From: Halorarum halobium
GTDB lineage: Archaea; Halobacteriota; Halobacteria; Halobacteriales; Haloferacaceae
Length of the DNA: 64,000 nucleotides
NCBI RefSeq assembly: GCF_032116555.1
Contig: NZ_CP134949.1
Coordinates: 2,728,001-2,792,000, forward strand
Direction: 5' to 3'
Part shown: in pieces, positions 50,014-60,083 of the stretch
How the letters are laid out: each line of letters starts with the position of its first letter
Position numbering within the stretch: the stretch's first letter is position 1
Translations under genes and position numbers: made by a program
The notes under the pieces: generated by a model
What the model saw: the letters and a program-made list of their open reading frames with translations, nothing else
Database searches by the model: none
Told to the model about the DNA's origin: nothing

Positions 50014-51090
50014 TTACGCGACGGGCAGCCGCAGTCGGACCGCCACCCCTTCCGGCTCCCGGTTCTCGAACTCCGCGCGACCCCCGGACGCGTCGAGCAC
50101 CCAGTAGATGACCCACAGCCCCAGCCCGGTCACGTGCTGGAGGGGAAGTTCCCGGTCGCTCGTGAGGACCGCGAGCTCCTCCTCGGGAACGTGTGAGCCG
50201 TCGTCGACGACTTCCAGCGTCGCCCGTCCCGCCCCCTCGTCGACGTCGATCGAAACCTCGACCGACAGCTCGTCGGTCGGGTTGTGGACGGCGGCGTTGT
50301 CGAACGTCTCCCGAATGGCGAGGTGGAGATGCCGGCTGGCCTCGACGCTCACCCCGTCCGGGAGGTCGGTCTCGACCGACACCTCGGGACACGCCCGGCG
50401 GAACGCCTCCACCTCCTCCCGCGTGACCGCCCCGAGGTCGACGACCTCGGTCTCACCGTGCTTCCAGAGCTCGGAGAGCAACTGGACGTTCTCCGAGAGC
50501 CGATGCACCCGGTTGACGTGTGCGTCGACGGTGTCGAGTCGCCGCCGTCGGTCGGCCGAGTCGGTCGAGTCGGTCAGGTCATCCAGCAGCCCGCGAACGA
50601 CGGTGACCTCGTTCCTGATGTTGTGCCGGAGCACCCGCTGGAGGATGGTGAGCCGTTTCGTCTGCAGCTCCAGTTCGGCCCGTTCGCGCTCGACCGCCGT
50701 GAAGTAGTAGCCGACGAGCGCACCGCTGCTCGTCCCCAGACACCAGCTGATGAAGAGGATGAACCAGGCTTCCCCCGTGGGTTCGGCCGTGATCCCCCTG
50801 AGCAACAGAAAGAGGGTCCCGAGCAGGCCGACGATCGCGCCGAGCCCCAGACTGACGATGAGGATCCGATACACGTCCGCCGCCGGGAGCCGCTCCGCGA
50901 CGGCCCTGTGGCCGACGAAGAAGACGGCGGCCGCGAACACGAGCAGGATCGAAGCCTCCACCAGTTCCACGGCGAGGACCTCGCGGTCCACGAGGACGTG
51001 GATGCCCGAGAGGAGGACCATGACCGCCCCCAGCAGGTGGACGAGATATCCGACGGTCGGGGTGAGCCGGCCGGCCCGCTGGGTGGACAT
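50014..51090 (-). CDS. Membrane sensor histidine kinase
   Basis: N-terminal TMs, LRHNIRN H-box, NA..H, DDG, GLGLW. Confidence 0.88.
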   Translation of the reverse strand: MSTQRAGRLTPTVGYLVHLLGAVMVLLSGIHVLVDREVLAVELVEASILLVFAAAVFFVGHRAVAERLPAADVYRILIVSLGLGAIVGLLGTLFLLLRGITAEPTGEAWFILFISWCLGTSSGALVGYYFTAVERERAELELQTKRLTILQRVLRHNIRNEVTVVRGLLDDLTDSTDSADRRRRLDTVDAHVNRVHRLSENVQLLSELWKHGETEVVDLGAVTREEVEAFRRACPEVSVETDLPDGVSVEASRHLHLAIRETFDNAAVHNPTDELSVEVSIDVDEGAGRATLEVVDDGSHVPEEELAVLTSDRELPLQHVTGLGLWVIYWVLDASGGRAEFENREPEGVAVRLRLPVA

Positions 51091-51393
51091 TTCGGCCTCA
51101 CTTTTTTACCCGGGTAAATATAACTATGCAAAGGTGTTCCTCTCCATTCATCTCCGGTCGACCGCCCGGGGCCAGGCTCACAGTTAACCGCCGTCGCAGA
51201 GTCGGTACGCACGTGCAGCGTGCAGGACCCCAGCGCGACCAGCGGTGGTCGTTCCACCGGGGGTTCGTCCTCGCCGCAGTAGGCGTCGCTGTTCGGCCCC
51301 GTGCTCGTCGCGTCACTGGTCGGCGTACTGTGGGTCGCGCGACGGCCCGGCTAGGAGGACTCTCGGGACCCGGATCAATCGAGTCGACGGGGG

Positions 51394-51594
51394 TCACCCG
51401 AGCCGGAACTCGCGCCGTTCGGTGGCGCCACAGCGCGAGCAGACCCGGCGATAGACGAGCCGACCCTCGCGGTAGCGCGTCGTCCACTCGCCGGCCGCCT
51501 CGGCGGTCCCGCAGGCCTCACAGCGCTCGGTCCCGTCGAGGCGGTCCCGGTAACGCTCGAGCACGGTGGTTCCGCGTTTCGGTGCGGATGCCAT
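51394..51594 (-). CDS. Small zinc-finger protein
   Basis: CEACG ... CSRCG; usual position downstream of DUF3194. Confidence 0.75.
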   Translation of the reverse strand: MASAPKRGTTVLERYRDRLDGTERCEACGTAEAAGEWTTRYREGRLVYRRVCSRCGATERREFRLG

Positions 51595-51678
51595 GTGCTA
51601 ACAGTACGTGAACAGCCGGCAAAAATTGCTAGGACCGTTCATCCGCCGGTCGCCGCCGCCGGACCGGTCAGGGTCGCC

Positions 51679-51927
51679 CTACTCGCCGAACAGGTCGTCG
51701 ACGGCGTCGCGCGCCGCGCGCGCCGCCTCGTCGGCGACCTCGTCGGCGTCCGCCTCGGCGTCTTCCGGCGGGTTGACGTACACGTCGACCTCGAGGACGC
51801 CGTCCTCGAAGGTGACCGCCACGTCGAAGTCCGTCAGGTCGGCCTGGCGGTAGCGCGAGAGGACGACCCCCTCGGCCGCCTCGGAGGCCGTCTCGACGAC
51901 CGCCTCGTCGCTCGGTTCGCCTGCCAT
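51679..51927 (-). CDS. DUF3194 domain protein
   Basis: AAEG.V.SRY...FEDGVLEVDVY; follows pfdB. Confidence 0.8.
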   Translation of the reverse strand: MAGEPSDEAVVETASEAAEGVVLSRYRQADLTDFDVAVTFEDGVLEVDVYVNPPEDAEADADEVADEAARAARDAVDDLFGE

Positions 51928-51933
51928 CGCCCC

Positions 51934-52329
51934 TTACGCGCCGCCCGCGCCGCCGGGACCCATGCCGGCCGGGCCGCCGCCGGCACCGCCCTGCAGCATC
52001 TGCTGGAGCTCGGACTGGAGGTCCTCGAACTGCTCCTGGACGCGCTCCTCCTGCTTGTCGAAGCGCTCGGCGCGCATCTCCAGGGTGTCGACCTTCTCCT
52101 CGAGGTCCTCGTACGCCTCGTCGTAGTCGGTCTCGACGAGGAGTTCGCCGACCTCGCGGTACATCGGGGTGTCCTCGTCGATCTCCTCGAGCGCTTCGAG
52201 GGCGGTCTTGGACTCCGAGAGCGAGCTCTCGGTGGACTGTTTCTGCTCCGCGAGCTGCTGGGCCTGCTCCTGCAGGTCCTGCAGCTCCTCGATCTTCTCC
52301 TGCGCCTCCGGCGGCATGTTGCCCTGCAT
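51934..52329 (-). CDS. pfdB: Prefoldin beta subunit
   Basis: [22 protein letters not shown], Gly-rich tail. Confidence 0.95.
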   Translation of the reverse strand: MQGNMPPEAQEKIEELQDLQEQAQQLAEQKQSTESSLSESKTALEALEEIDEDTPMYREVGELLVETDYDEAYEDLEEKVDTLEMRAERFDKQEERVQEQFEDLQSELQQMLQGGAGGGPAGMGPGGAGGA

Positions 52330-52529
52330 GAACGGGTAGTCGGGCTTCGGCCTGAAAAACCCGGTTATTGTGGGACGAAGGGGTTCGGACGTGTGTGGAA
52401 TCGGGCAGGCATCCGGTCGGGAACGCCTCAGGATGGGTTTGCTTTGCCGGGTAGGGTAGAGAACAGTCTTCGAACGCCGCCGGCTGGCTACAAGTCTGGT
52501 GTGTCGCATTCGGTCCTGTCTCGGGTGTC

Positions 52530-53006
52530 GTGACGGCCGCCTCGAAAGCCCCCGGCTGGGTACGCTACCGGAAGACGGTCCTCCTCGCTGCGCTCGTCGG
52601 CTGCGACTTCCGTTGTCACCCTCGCTGCGCTCGCGTGACTCCCGCGGACCGCGCTGCGCTCCTCGTCACTCGCTTCGCTCGTTCCTGCGATGCTTGCGGG
52701 TCCGGGGTTCGCGTACCCAGCCGGCCCCTTTCAGTCCTACCCACCGCACCCGCACAGCACCGCAGCCACAGCCTCCCCAGCCGATTCCCTCGTCGCTGCG
52801 CTCCTCGCTCATCCCTCGCGCGCGTCTGCTCGCCCTCCGGGCTCGCCGCTACGCGCGCCACCGCACACGCCCAACCAGTCCACGTGGCGCGCGGCGGCCG
52901 AGAGAAGCGAGGACGCTCGTGCGAGGGACGAGCACCGCAGCGGGCGCGAGGAGCGCAGCGGCCGCACCGAGCCGAGAACGGCGGGGGCTTTCGAGGCATG
53001 CGTCAC
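52530..53006. repeat. Composite inverted-repeat element made of two outward-facing copies of the structured repeat
   Basis: Ends GTGACGgccGCCTCGAAAGCCCCCG (52530-52554) and CGGGGGCTTTCGAGGCatgCGTCAC (52982-53006) are reverse complements except 3 nt; internal 14-bp stem 52552-52565 / 52711-52724. Confidence 0.75.
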
Positions 53007-53126
53007 CACAACCGAACCAGCCCTCGAACCGAACGTAGCGGGGGCATTCGAGGTCAGCGTCGGCCGCCTAACCACCGGATCGAAACCGAACGCTACCGAA
53101 AAACGCGACCAACAGCGAACCGAAAC

Positions 53127-54629
53127 TCACCGAAGCGAGACGTCGATGCTCTTCGTCCGCGTGTAGTGGTTCACCGTCTCGAACGCCGTTTCCCGGCCGA
53201 TGCCGGACTGCTTGTAGCCGCCGAACGGCATCCCGGCCGGGAAGTCCTGGTACTGGTTCACCCAGACGGTGCCGGCCTCGATGTCCTTGGCCGTCCGGTA
53301 GGCCGTCTCGATGTCGGTGGCGAGCACGCCGGCCGCGAGGCCGTAGTCGACGTCGTTCGCGAGCGTCATCATCTCGTCGTAGTCGTCCCAGCGGAACACC
53401 TCCAGCACGGGGCCGAAGATCTCCTGCTGGACCGTGTCGCTGTCGTGATCGAGCCCCTCGACGATGGTCGGGGCGACGAAGCTCCCGCCCGCGAGGTCGG
53501 GGTCCTCGACCGGTTCCCCGCCCGTGAGGAACGTCGCGCCCTCCTCGCGCGCGTCCTCGACGAACGACATCGTGCGGTCGACCTGCTCGGGCGAGACCTT
53601 CGGACCGAGGCGGGTGTCACGCTCCAGCGGGTCGCCCATCGTCAGCCCCTCCGCCGCCTCGACGAGCGCGTCGAGGAACTCGTCGGCGACGTCCTCGTGG
53701 ACGAACAGCCGCGAACCCGCAGTACAGCACTCGCCGGTGTTGTAGAAGATGGCGAGCACCGCCGCGCGGACCCCCTTCTCGACGTCGACGTCGGGGTGGA
53801 CGACGAGCGGGCTCTTCCCGCCGAGTTCGAGCGTCACGTCGGCGATTCGCTCGGCCGCGGCCTTCATCACCTGCTTGCCGACCGGGGTGGAGCCGGTGAA
53901 CGCCACCTTGCCGACGTCCGGGTGTTCGGTGAGCGGCGCGCCCGCCTCCTCCCCGAAGCCCGTGACGACGTTCACCGCGCCGTCGGGAAGGACGTCGCCC
54001 AGGATCCCGGCGAGCTTCAGCGCCGACAGCGGCGTCTCCTCGGCGGGCTTGAGCACGACCGCGTTGCCCGCCGCGAGCGCCGGCGCGAGCTTCCAGGCCG
54101 CCATCAGCAGCGGGAAGTTCCAGGGGGTGATCTGGCCGACGACGCCGAACGGCTCCTGGACCGTCGAGACGTGCCGCGGGCCGTCGTCGGCCGGCAGCGT
54201 GATGCCCTCGTCGAGCCGCGTCGCCGCCGCGAAGAAGCGGAAGTGGTCGGCCGCGACCGCGACGTCGCCGAACGACTCGCCCGTCGGCTTCCCGTTGTCG
54301 AGCGACTCCAGCATGGCGAACGCCTTGCGCTCGGCCTCGATGCGGTCGGCGATCTCGTGGAGCAGTCGCTGGCGGTCGCTCGCGCCCTGCTCGCCCCACT
54401 CGCCCTCGTACGCCTCGCTCGCCGCCCGGACCGCGCGGTCGACGTCCTCCGGTCCGCCCGCGGGGACGTCCGCGAGCACGTCGCCCGTGGTCGGGTCGCG
54501 CGTCTCGAACGTCTCGCCGCTCGCGGCGTCGACGAACTCGCCCCCGATGAACAGCCCGAGCTCCTCGGGCACGACCTCGGCCGCCGTCTCCTCGTGCTTC
54601 TGTCGGATCGACTCCGCGGTGTCTCCCAT
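53127..54629 (-). CDS. Aldehyde dehydrogenase
   Basis: ITPWNFP, KPAEETP, FTGS, LELGGK, GECC, EIFGPV, PFGGYKQSG. Confidence 0.95.
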   Translation of the reverse strand: MGDTAESIRQKHEETAAEVVPEELGLFIGGEFVDAASGETFETRDPTTGDVLADVPAGGPEDVDRAVRAASEAYEGEWGEQGASDRQRLLHEIADRIEAERKAFAMLESLDNGKPTGESFGDVAVAADHFRFFAAATRLDEGITLPADDGPRHVSTVQEPFGVVGQITPWNFPLLMAAWKLAPALAAGNAVVLKPAEETPLSALKLAGILGDVLPDGAVNVVTGFGEEAGAPLTEHPDVGKVAFTGSTPVGKQVMKAAAERIADVTLELGGKSPLVVHPDVDVEKGVRAAVLAIFYNTGECCTAGSRLFVHEDVADEFLDALVEAAEGLTMGDPLERDTRLGPKVSPEQVDRTMSFVEDAREEGATFLTGGEPVEDPDLAGGSFVAPTIVEGLDHDSDTVQQEIFGPVLEVFRWDDYDEMMTLANDVDYGLAAGVLATDIETAYRTAKDIEAGTVWVNQYQDFPAGMPFGGYKQSGIGRETAFETVNHYTRTKSIDVSLR

Positions 54630-54722
54630 ACCTCTCCTCGGCACCCCCGTCGCAAAAATTGCGGTGTGAGACGATTCCGCACGGGCGCGCCGATCGGCGG
54701 GCGAACGACCGCAGACTCCCGG

Positions 54723-55004
54723 TTACTCCGCGGCGGAAGCGCCCTCGCTTGCGAGCCCGCAGACGTCCTCGGCCACGGTCAGCAGCCGTGCCCACGTGTT
54801 CGTCCCGGCGCGGAGCGCGACGAGGTCCCGTGCGCCGATCTCGACCGAGACGGTCCGGCCGTCGCGCGAGACGGTCGCCCGCGAGCGGTCGTCGTCCACC
54901 TCGCCGACCTCGACGGCGACCGCGTCGTGCACGTCGCGTGCGCGTCGCTCGTCGGCGTAGGAAACGGAGAAAACTGCGTCGTGTGCGGGGCCGTCCTCGG
55001 GCAT
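54723..55004 (-). CDS. pcc1: KEOPS complex subunit Pcc1
   Basis: A.DLVALRAG.NTW.RL; follows rpoP. Confidence 0.88.
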   Translation of the reverse strand: MPEDGPAHDAVFSVSYADERRARDVHDAVAVEVGEVDDDRSRATVSRDGRTVSVEIGARDLVALRAGTNTWARLLTVAEDVCGLASEGASAAE

Positions 55005-55014
55005 CGGCTGACGG

Positions 55015-55149
55015 CTACTCGACGTCGACTTCCTTCACGACCGGGGCGCGCTCCTTGAGGAGCACGCGGTGCCCGCAGTAGGGGCAGCGGACGCCGCCGT
55101 ACTCGTCGAGTTCGACGTCGCGCTTGCAGCGGGAGCACTTGTAGCTCAT
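55015..55149 (-). CDS. rpoP: RNA polymerase subunit Rpo12 (P)
   Basis: Manual translation [44 protein letters not shown] (below the ORF-track cut-off). Confidence 0.95.
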   Translation of the reverse strand: MSYKCSRCKRDVELDEYGGVRCPYCGHRVLLKERAPVVKEVDVE

Positions 55150-55187
55150 TGGTGTGTGGTGGGGGTGGAGGTACTTGGACGTGCGGA

Positions 55188-55493
55188 TTACTCCTCGTCC
55201 GCCTCGGCGTCGACCTCGACGTCGGCCGCGCCCTCGCCCTCGAGTGCCGCGCGGATGGACCGCCGGACGCCCCGGCCGCCGGGGGTCTGCGGGCGGTACG
55301 CGCCGCCGGTGAACGTCTCGCCGGTCTCCTCGTTGACCCAGACGCCGGTGCCGACCCGCTTGACCGAGTCGCCATCGACCGTCGCGGACTCCATCTCCGC
55401 CTCGATCTCGGCGACGCGCTTGCGAGCGACACGCCCGTATCGGGCGCCGAACCGCCCGGCGCTGCCGACCTTCCGTGCCTTGGATTCAGCCAT
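55188..55493 (-). CDS. rpl37ae: 50S ribosomal protein eL43 (L37Ae), cysteine-free variant
   Basis: [25 protein letters not shown]; upstream of rpoP. Confidence 0.93.
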   Translation of the reverse strand: MAESKARKVGSAGRFGARYGRVARKRVAEIEAEMESATVDGDSVKRVGTGVWVNEETGETFTGGAYRPQTPGGRGVRRSIRAALEGEGAADVEVDAEADEE

Positions 55494-55598
55494 AGTAGCC
55501 GTGGATTCGGCGGTCGCGGGTAAAAACCCCGCGAAATCACCCGCGGCGGCGGGCAGGCGGCGTCGCCGGGATCGTCCCGGATCGGTTCGACGCCCGCC

Positions 55599-56375
55599 TC
55601 AGGCGAACTCGTCGTCCGCGAGCGCCTCGTTGAGGTCGTCCCGGACGAGTTCGCCCGTCTCGCGGTCCCCGGCGGTCGTCACCACGCGGTTCTCCTGCAC
55701 GCTCGACCCGTCACGCAACAGCAGCCTGACGTTGCCGTGCTCGTCGGCACGGGTCACTTTGGCGCGCAGGCCCGTCCGCGACCCGGACCCGCCGGCGTCG
55801 ATGGGACCGGGGATGAGCTTCTTGACGTGCGGGTGGGCGGCGACGGACCGGATCGCCTGCCAGCCCTTGCGTCCGCCGATGAGCGTCGAGTGGGCCCCGC
55901 CGAGTTTCTCCGCGGGCGCGGCCTCGACGACCTCCAGGGACGGTTCGCCGTGCCGGGCCAGCACGGTCTCGACGGGGTCCTCGTCCGGGACGCGGTAGAA
56001 CTCGTAGTGGAGTTGCGCGCGGGTCTCCCGGAGCGGGTCGCGCTCACCCGCGGCGTACACGGTTTCGGGGCGCTTTCGCCTGATCTCGTCGGCGACGCGG
56101 CCCGCGTAGTTCCGGAGTTGCGTCTGTGCGGTGCGCTCGCCGTCGTCGGCGATCGTCGTCACCGCAGTCTCGCCGAGGATCGCCCGCTCGGGGTCGGACT
56201 CGGTCGAGTCCTCGGCGAACGTGCCGTCGGCATCGGCCGCCTCGCCGTCGAGCATCGTGAGCGTCGCCCGCTCCGGGCCGAAGACGACGACGACGGCGTC
56301 GCAGTTGGCGGTCGAACAGCGCAGACAGTAGTCCCCGGGCCGGTCGAGGGCCGCGCTGCACCGCCGACAGTTCAT
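55599..56375 (-). CDS. DUF2103 domain protein with N-terminal Zn ribbon
   Basis: CRRC...YCLRC; KLGGAHSTLIGGR, HPHVKKLIPGPI. Confidence 0.85.
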   Translation of the reverse strand: MNCRRCSAALDRPGDYCLRCSTANCDAVVVVFGPERATLTMLDGEAADADGTFAEDSTESDPERAILGETAVTTIADDGERTAQTQLRNYAGRVADEIRRKRPETVYAAGERDPLRETRAQLHYEFYRVPDEDPVETVLARHGEPSLEVVEAAPAEKLGGAHSTLIGGRKGWQAIRSVAAHPHVKKLIPGPIDAGGSGSRTGLRAKVTRADEHGNVRLLLRDGSSVQENRVVTTAGDRETGELVRDDLNEALADDEFA

Positions 56376-56645
56376 GCTCGACGGGAGGTGGCGGTTCCGG
56401 ATAAGCGCGTCCGTTCGGCGGCCATGAATCTTATTTTGCTATATGAAATTCGTGGAAAGAGAGTCATACAGCTTCGAAAGGGAGCACAGAAGAGAACCGA
56501 TTTGCGTTCCTCTTTCGGACTCTTTTTCGCGTAAAAGTGACAGATGAGACAGAGGTAAGCGTGATAACCAAACAATGCCCGAAACTCGGAAGAATATCGA
56601 CGCCGAGTGAGAATCGCATCCGCGAGATCGGAACTACTAATAGTA

Positions 56646-56661
56646 TTTAGGCTAGCCTAAA
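56646..56661. promoter_or_regulatory. DtxR/IdeR-type metal-repressor operator
   Basis: Perfect palindrome TTTAGGCTAGCCTAAA 4 nt before the ATG of a metal-chelate binding protein gene. Confidence 0.75.
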
Positions 56662-56665
56662 ATTT

Positions 56666-57889
56666 ATGTCAGGCGACGACACGAAACACGGGAGGCCCAC
56701 GCGACGCGACTACGTGAAGTACGGCGGCGCGGTCGTCGGCGGCGGGCTGCTTTCGGGCTGTACCGGGGAGTCGGAGGAAGTCTCGACGCCGACCGACACC
56801 GACCGGCACTCCACCGGGACGGCCGAGCCGACCGAGACGGACACGTCCTACGAAGCGTGTATCGAACCCGTCGGCTGTCATCGGTTCGAGGAGGAGCCGG
56901 AAACCTACATCGTGAACAACGGCGAGTGGGCGGACATGGCGTTCGCGCTCGGTCGGCGGGACGGCTTCCTCACCGCCACGAACATGATCCCCGGGTTCCT
57001 GTTCGAGCCGTTCGGGCTGGACGTGCCGCCACTCTCGGAAACCGAGTCGCTGTCGGCGACGAACTGGGACAAGGAGGTGTTCTACGAACTGGATCCGGAC
57101 GTGATCCTGATGGATCCGAACTACATGCACAAGACCGGCTGGGACGACGCCTGGGGGGAGTCGGACACCGAGGAGATCAGCGATACCGTCGCTCCGTTCT
57201 TCGGGAACAACATTCTCCGCCGGCGAGAGTGGCACGACTACCGGCATTACTCCCTGTACGAGGCCCTCAAACGGCTCGCGGATCTGTTCAGGGAACGCGA
57301 CCGATACGAGGCGCTCGAGGAGGTCCACGCGTCCGTCCAGGAGGCGGTTCGGTCCCGGCTCCCGCCCGCCGACGACCGCCCGGAGATCGCCCTGGTCAAC
57401 AGCGCGTCGAACCCGAGCGATGGAACGTTCTATCCGATGCGAACCCAGGTCGAGGGCGTCGAGATGAAGCCGTACCGTGATCTTGACGTCGGCAGCGCGT
57501 TTTCCGCCGAGCACATCGAAGCGGTGACCATCGACTACGAGTATCTCCTGAAGATCGATCCGGAGATACTCGTGTTCCACTGGGGGGTCGGGACGACCGG
57601 CGACGCGGACAGCTTCTCCCCGGAGACGTTCCGTGAGCGGTACGTCGAACCGCTCGAAGCGGACCCGGTCGGGAGCCAGTTGACCGCCGTCCGGGAGGGC
57701 AACGTCTATCCCGGCGCGTTCGGCTCGCAGGGCCCGCTCGTGAACCTTCTCCAGACGGAGATGGTCGCCCAGCAGCTGTACCCGGCGGAGTTCGGCGAGT
57801 TCGAACCCGAGCGGTTCCCCGAGGTCGCCAGGGAGAAACAGCTGTTCGACAGGCAGCGCGTCGCGGACATCGTCAACGGCGACTTCTAA
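56666..57889 (+). CDS. ABC transporter substrate-binding lipoprotein (iron-siderophore/cobalamin type)
   Basis: TRRDYVK Tat motif, LSGC lipobox, DKEVFYELDPD, IDYE.LL.IDPE, LTAV.EG.VY. Confidence 0.85.
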   Translation: MSGDDTKHGRPTRRDYVKYGGAVVGGGLLSGCTGESEEVSTPTDTDRHSTGTAEPTETDTSYEACIEPVGCHRFEEEPETYIVNNGEWADMAFALGRRDGFLTATNMIPGFLFEPFGLDVPPLSETESLSATNWDKEVFYELDPDVILMDPNYMHKTGWDDAWGESDTEEISDTVAPFFGNNILRRREWHDYRHYSLYEALKRLADLFRERDRYEALEEVHASVQEAVRSRLPPADDRPEIALVNSASNPSDGTFYPMRTQVEGVEMKPYRDLDVGSAFSAEHIEAVTIDYEYLLKIDPEILVFHWGVGTTGDADSFSPETFRERYVEPLEADPVGSQLTAVREGNVYPGAFGSQGPLVNLLQTEMVAQQLYPAEFGEFEPERFPEVAREKQLFDRQRVADIVNGDF

Positions 57890-58256
57890 CCGCGGAGTCG
57901 TTTGCTCCCCCCCGATCTCAGTTCAGTTACCAGCCGGTTTCTTTCCCGACTATACTGACAGGAAGGCAGGCAACAAGATTACCCCCGAGACGGTGGGATC
58001 CGTGATCGACAAGGTCCCGGGCGCTCTGTACTCCAGATGGATGGGTCCCCCGCCACGTGCCCCAATGGCGGAGTGCCCAGCGCGGTAAGAACGGCACATG
58101 TGGTCGCCCGGCGAGCGACGGGTGATCACCAGCTACCCAGTTAGACCGACCAAAGAGTATAAGAGAACGGAGGCTCGAGTAATATTTGATGAGTCTAAAT
58201 ATAGAGTTTGGGTCGCCTTCCACCGGCCGGCGACGTCCGGGCCGGGATCGACGGCG

Positions 58257-59522
58257 ATGACGCTCCTCCAGTCCGTGGGCGCGGGGGTGGGGGAGTTGCT
58301 CGACATCACCGCCCAGCAGGCGTTCGACATCCTCGTCTTCTCGGTCAGGGACGGGTTCGTGCAGGTGAGCGCGTTCGTCGCGGTCACGGTGCTCCTCTTC
58401 AGCTACATCCAGTACCGGACCGGGGGACGGATCGTCACGTACCTCGAGAACAACGAGCGGATGCAGCCCATCGCCGGCGCGCTGCTCGGGCTGACGCCCG
58501 GCTGTGGCGGCGCGATCATCGCGATGCCGCTGTACATCCGCGGCACCGTGAGCTTCGGGACGGTCGTCGCCGCCCTCGCGGCGACGGCGGGCGACTCGGC
58601 GTTCGTCATCCTCGCGCTCGCCCCCGAGGCGGCGGCCTACGCCTACGGGATGGCGTTCGTTTCGGCCATCCTGTTCGGCTACGCGATCGACGGCTGGGGG
58701 CTCGGCATCGGCCGGGTCGACCGCGCGGTCGACCGGCTCAGCCGGCCGGTGACCGACGGCGGGTTCGCCACGGCGAACGTCGCCAGCGGCGGCCCCAGCG
58801 TCGACGGCTACGAGATGGAACACGACGGCCACGGGCACGACCCCGAGCAGCCGTCGGGGACGCTGACGACGGTCAGCCACGCGGTCCACGTCCTCTGGTG
58901 GGTCGTCGCCGCCGCAGGACTCGTCGCGGGCGTCATGTACCTGGCGCGGGGCGCCCCGGAGGTCCCCCTCGCGTTCGACCCGACGTTCTTCGGCCTGTTC
59001 ACCGTCGCGGGGCTCGTGGGGACGACCGCGTCGTTCTACCTCCACTTCGTCGGCCGGCGATACATCGGCGAGGGGGAGGCGGGCCGCATCCGGGACAACT
59101 TCTCCAGCGCGTACGAGACGTTCCAGCACGCGGCCATGGAGACGAGCATGGTCACGGTGTGGGTCATCGCCGCCTACCTCATCTACGAGTACGGCATCGT
59201 GATCTTCTCGCTGGACGTCGGCGCGCTCACCGCGGCCGCCGGGGTGCTCGCCCCCATCGCGGGCGCGCTGCTCGGCCTGATCCCGGGCTGTGCGCCACAG
59301 ATCGTCTTCGCCCAGATATACGCGGAGGGCGGCATCCCGTTCTCCGCGCTGACGGCCAACGCGATCAGCCAGGACGGCGACGCGCTGTTCCCGCTGATGG
59401 CGATCGACATGAAGGCCGCCATCGTCGCCACGATCTACACGACGATCCCGGCGCTGATCGTCGGGGTGCTCGTCTACTACCTGTGGCCGTTCGCCCACTT
59501 CGGGTTCGGGGTGCTCGGATGA
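58257..59522 (+). CDS. Putative manganese transporter (multi-TM)
   Basis: Duplicated LLGLTPGCGG / LLGLIPGCAP, ATAGD, ISQDGDALFP. Confidence 0.82.
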   Translation: MTLLQSVGAGVGELLDITAQQAFDILVFSVRDGFVQVSAFVAVTVLLFSYIQYRTGGRIVTYLENNERMQPIAGALLGLTPGCGGAIIAMPLYIRGTVSFGTVVAALAATAGDSAFVILALAPEAAAYAYGMAFVSAILFGYAIDGWGLGIGRVDRAVDRLSRPVTDGGFATANVASGGPSVDGYEMEHDGHGHDPEQPSGTLTTVSHAVHVLWWVVAAAGLVAGVMYLARGAPEVPLAFDPTFFGLFTVAGLVGTTASFYLHFVGRRYIGEGEAGRIRDNFSSAYETFQHAAMETSMVTVWVIAAYLIYEYGIVIFSLDVGALTAAAGVLAPIAGALLGLIPGCAPQIVFAQIYAEGGIPFSALTANAISQDGDALFPLMAIDMKAAIVATIYTTIPALIVGVLVYYLWPFAHFGFGVLG

Positions 59523-59585
59523 CCCGCCGACGCCGGCGCGCCGCCGCGGTCGGGGGACGGCTCGCCAGCCACGCCCGGCTGGGAG

Positions 59586-60038
59586 GTGACTGACGTGTAC
59601 GAGCGCGTCCTCGTCCCGACCGACGGGAGCGAGCTCTCGGAGACGGCGGCCCGACACGCCCTCGACGTCGCAGCGCAGTACGGCGCGACGCTTCACGCCA
59701 TCTACGTCGTCGACACGGACACGGGCTGGCTGACCGTCTCGAAGGCGGACGTGCGCGACGCGATCCGGGAGCTCGGCGACAACGCCGGCGAGGAGGCGAT
59801 CGAGAGCGTCGAACGGCTCGCGGCCGACGCCGACGTGGACCTGGTGACGGCCGTCCTCGACGGGTCGCCCGACGACGAGATCCTCCGGTACGCCGACGAA
59901 CACGACGCGGACCTGATCGTGATGGGCACCCACGGCCGGGACGGCATCGGCCGCCGGGTCGTCGGGAGCATCACCGAGCGGGTCGTCAGAGGGGCCTCCG
60001 TCCCCGTGATGGCCGTCAACGCCGGCTCCGACGACTGA
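59586..60038 (+). CDS. Universal stress protein
   Basis: VLVPTDGS, DLIVMGTHGR, GSITERVVR. Confidence 0.92.
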   Translation: MTDVYERVLVPTDGSELSETAARHALDVAAQYGATLHAIYVVDTDTGWLTVSKADVRDAIRELGDNAGEEAIESVERLAADADVDLVTAVLDGSPDDEILRYADEHDADLIVMGTHGRDGIGRRVVGSITERVVRGASVPVMAVNAGSDD

Positions 60039-60083
60039 GACGCGAGCGTCGGTTCTGTTCGAGTGGCCCCGGTTCCGCGGTCC

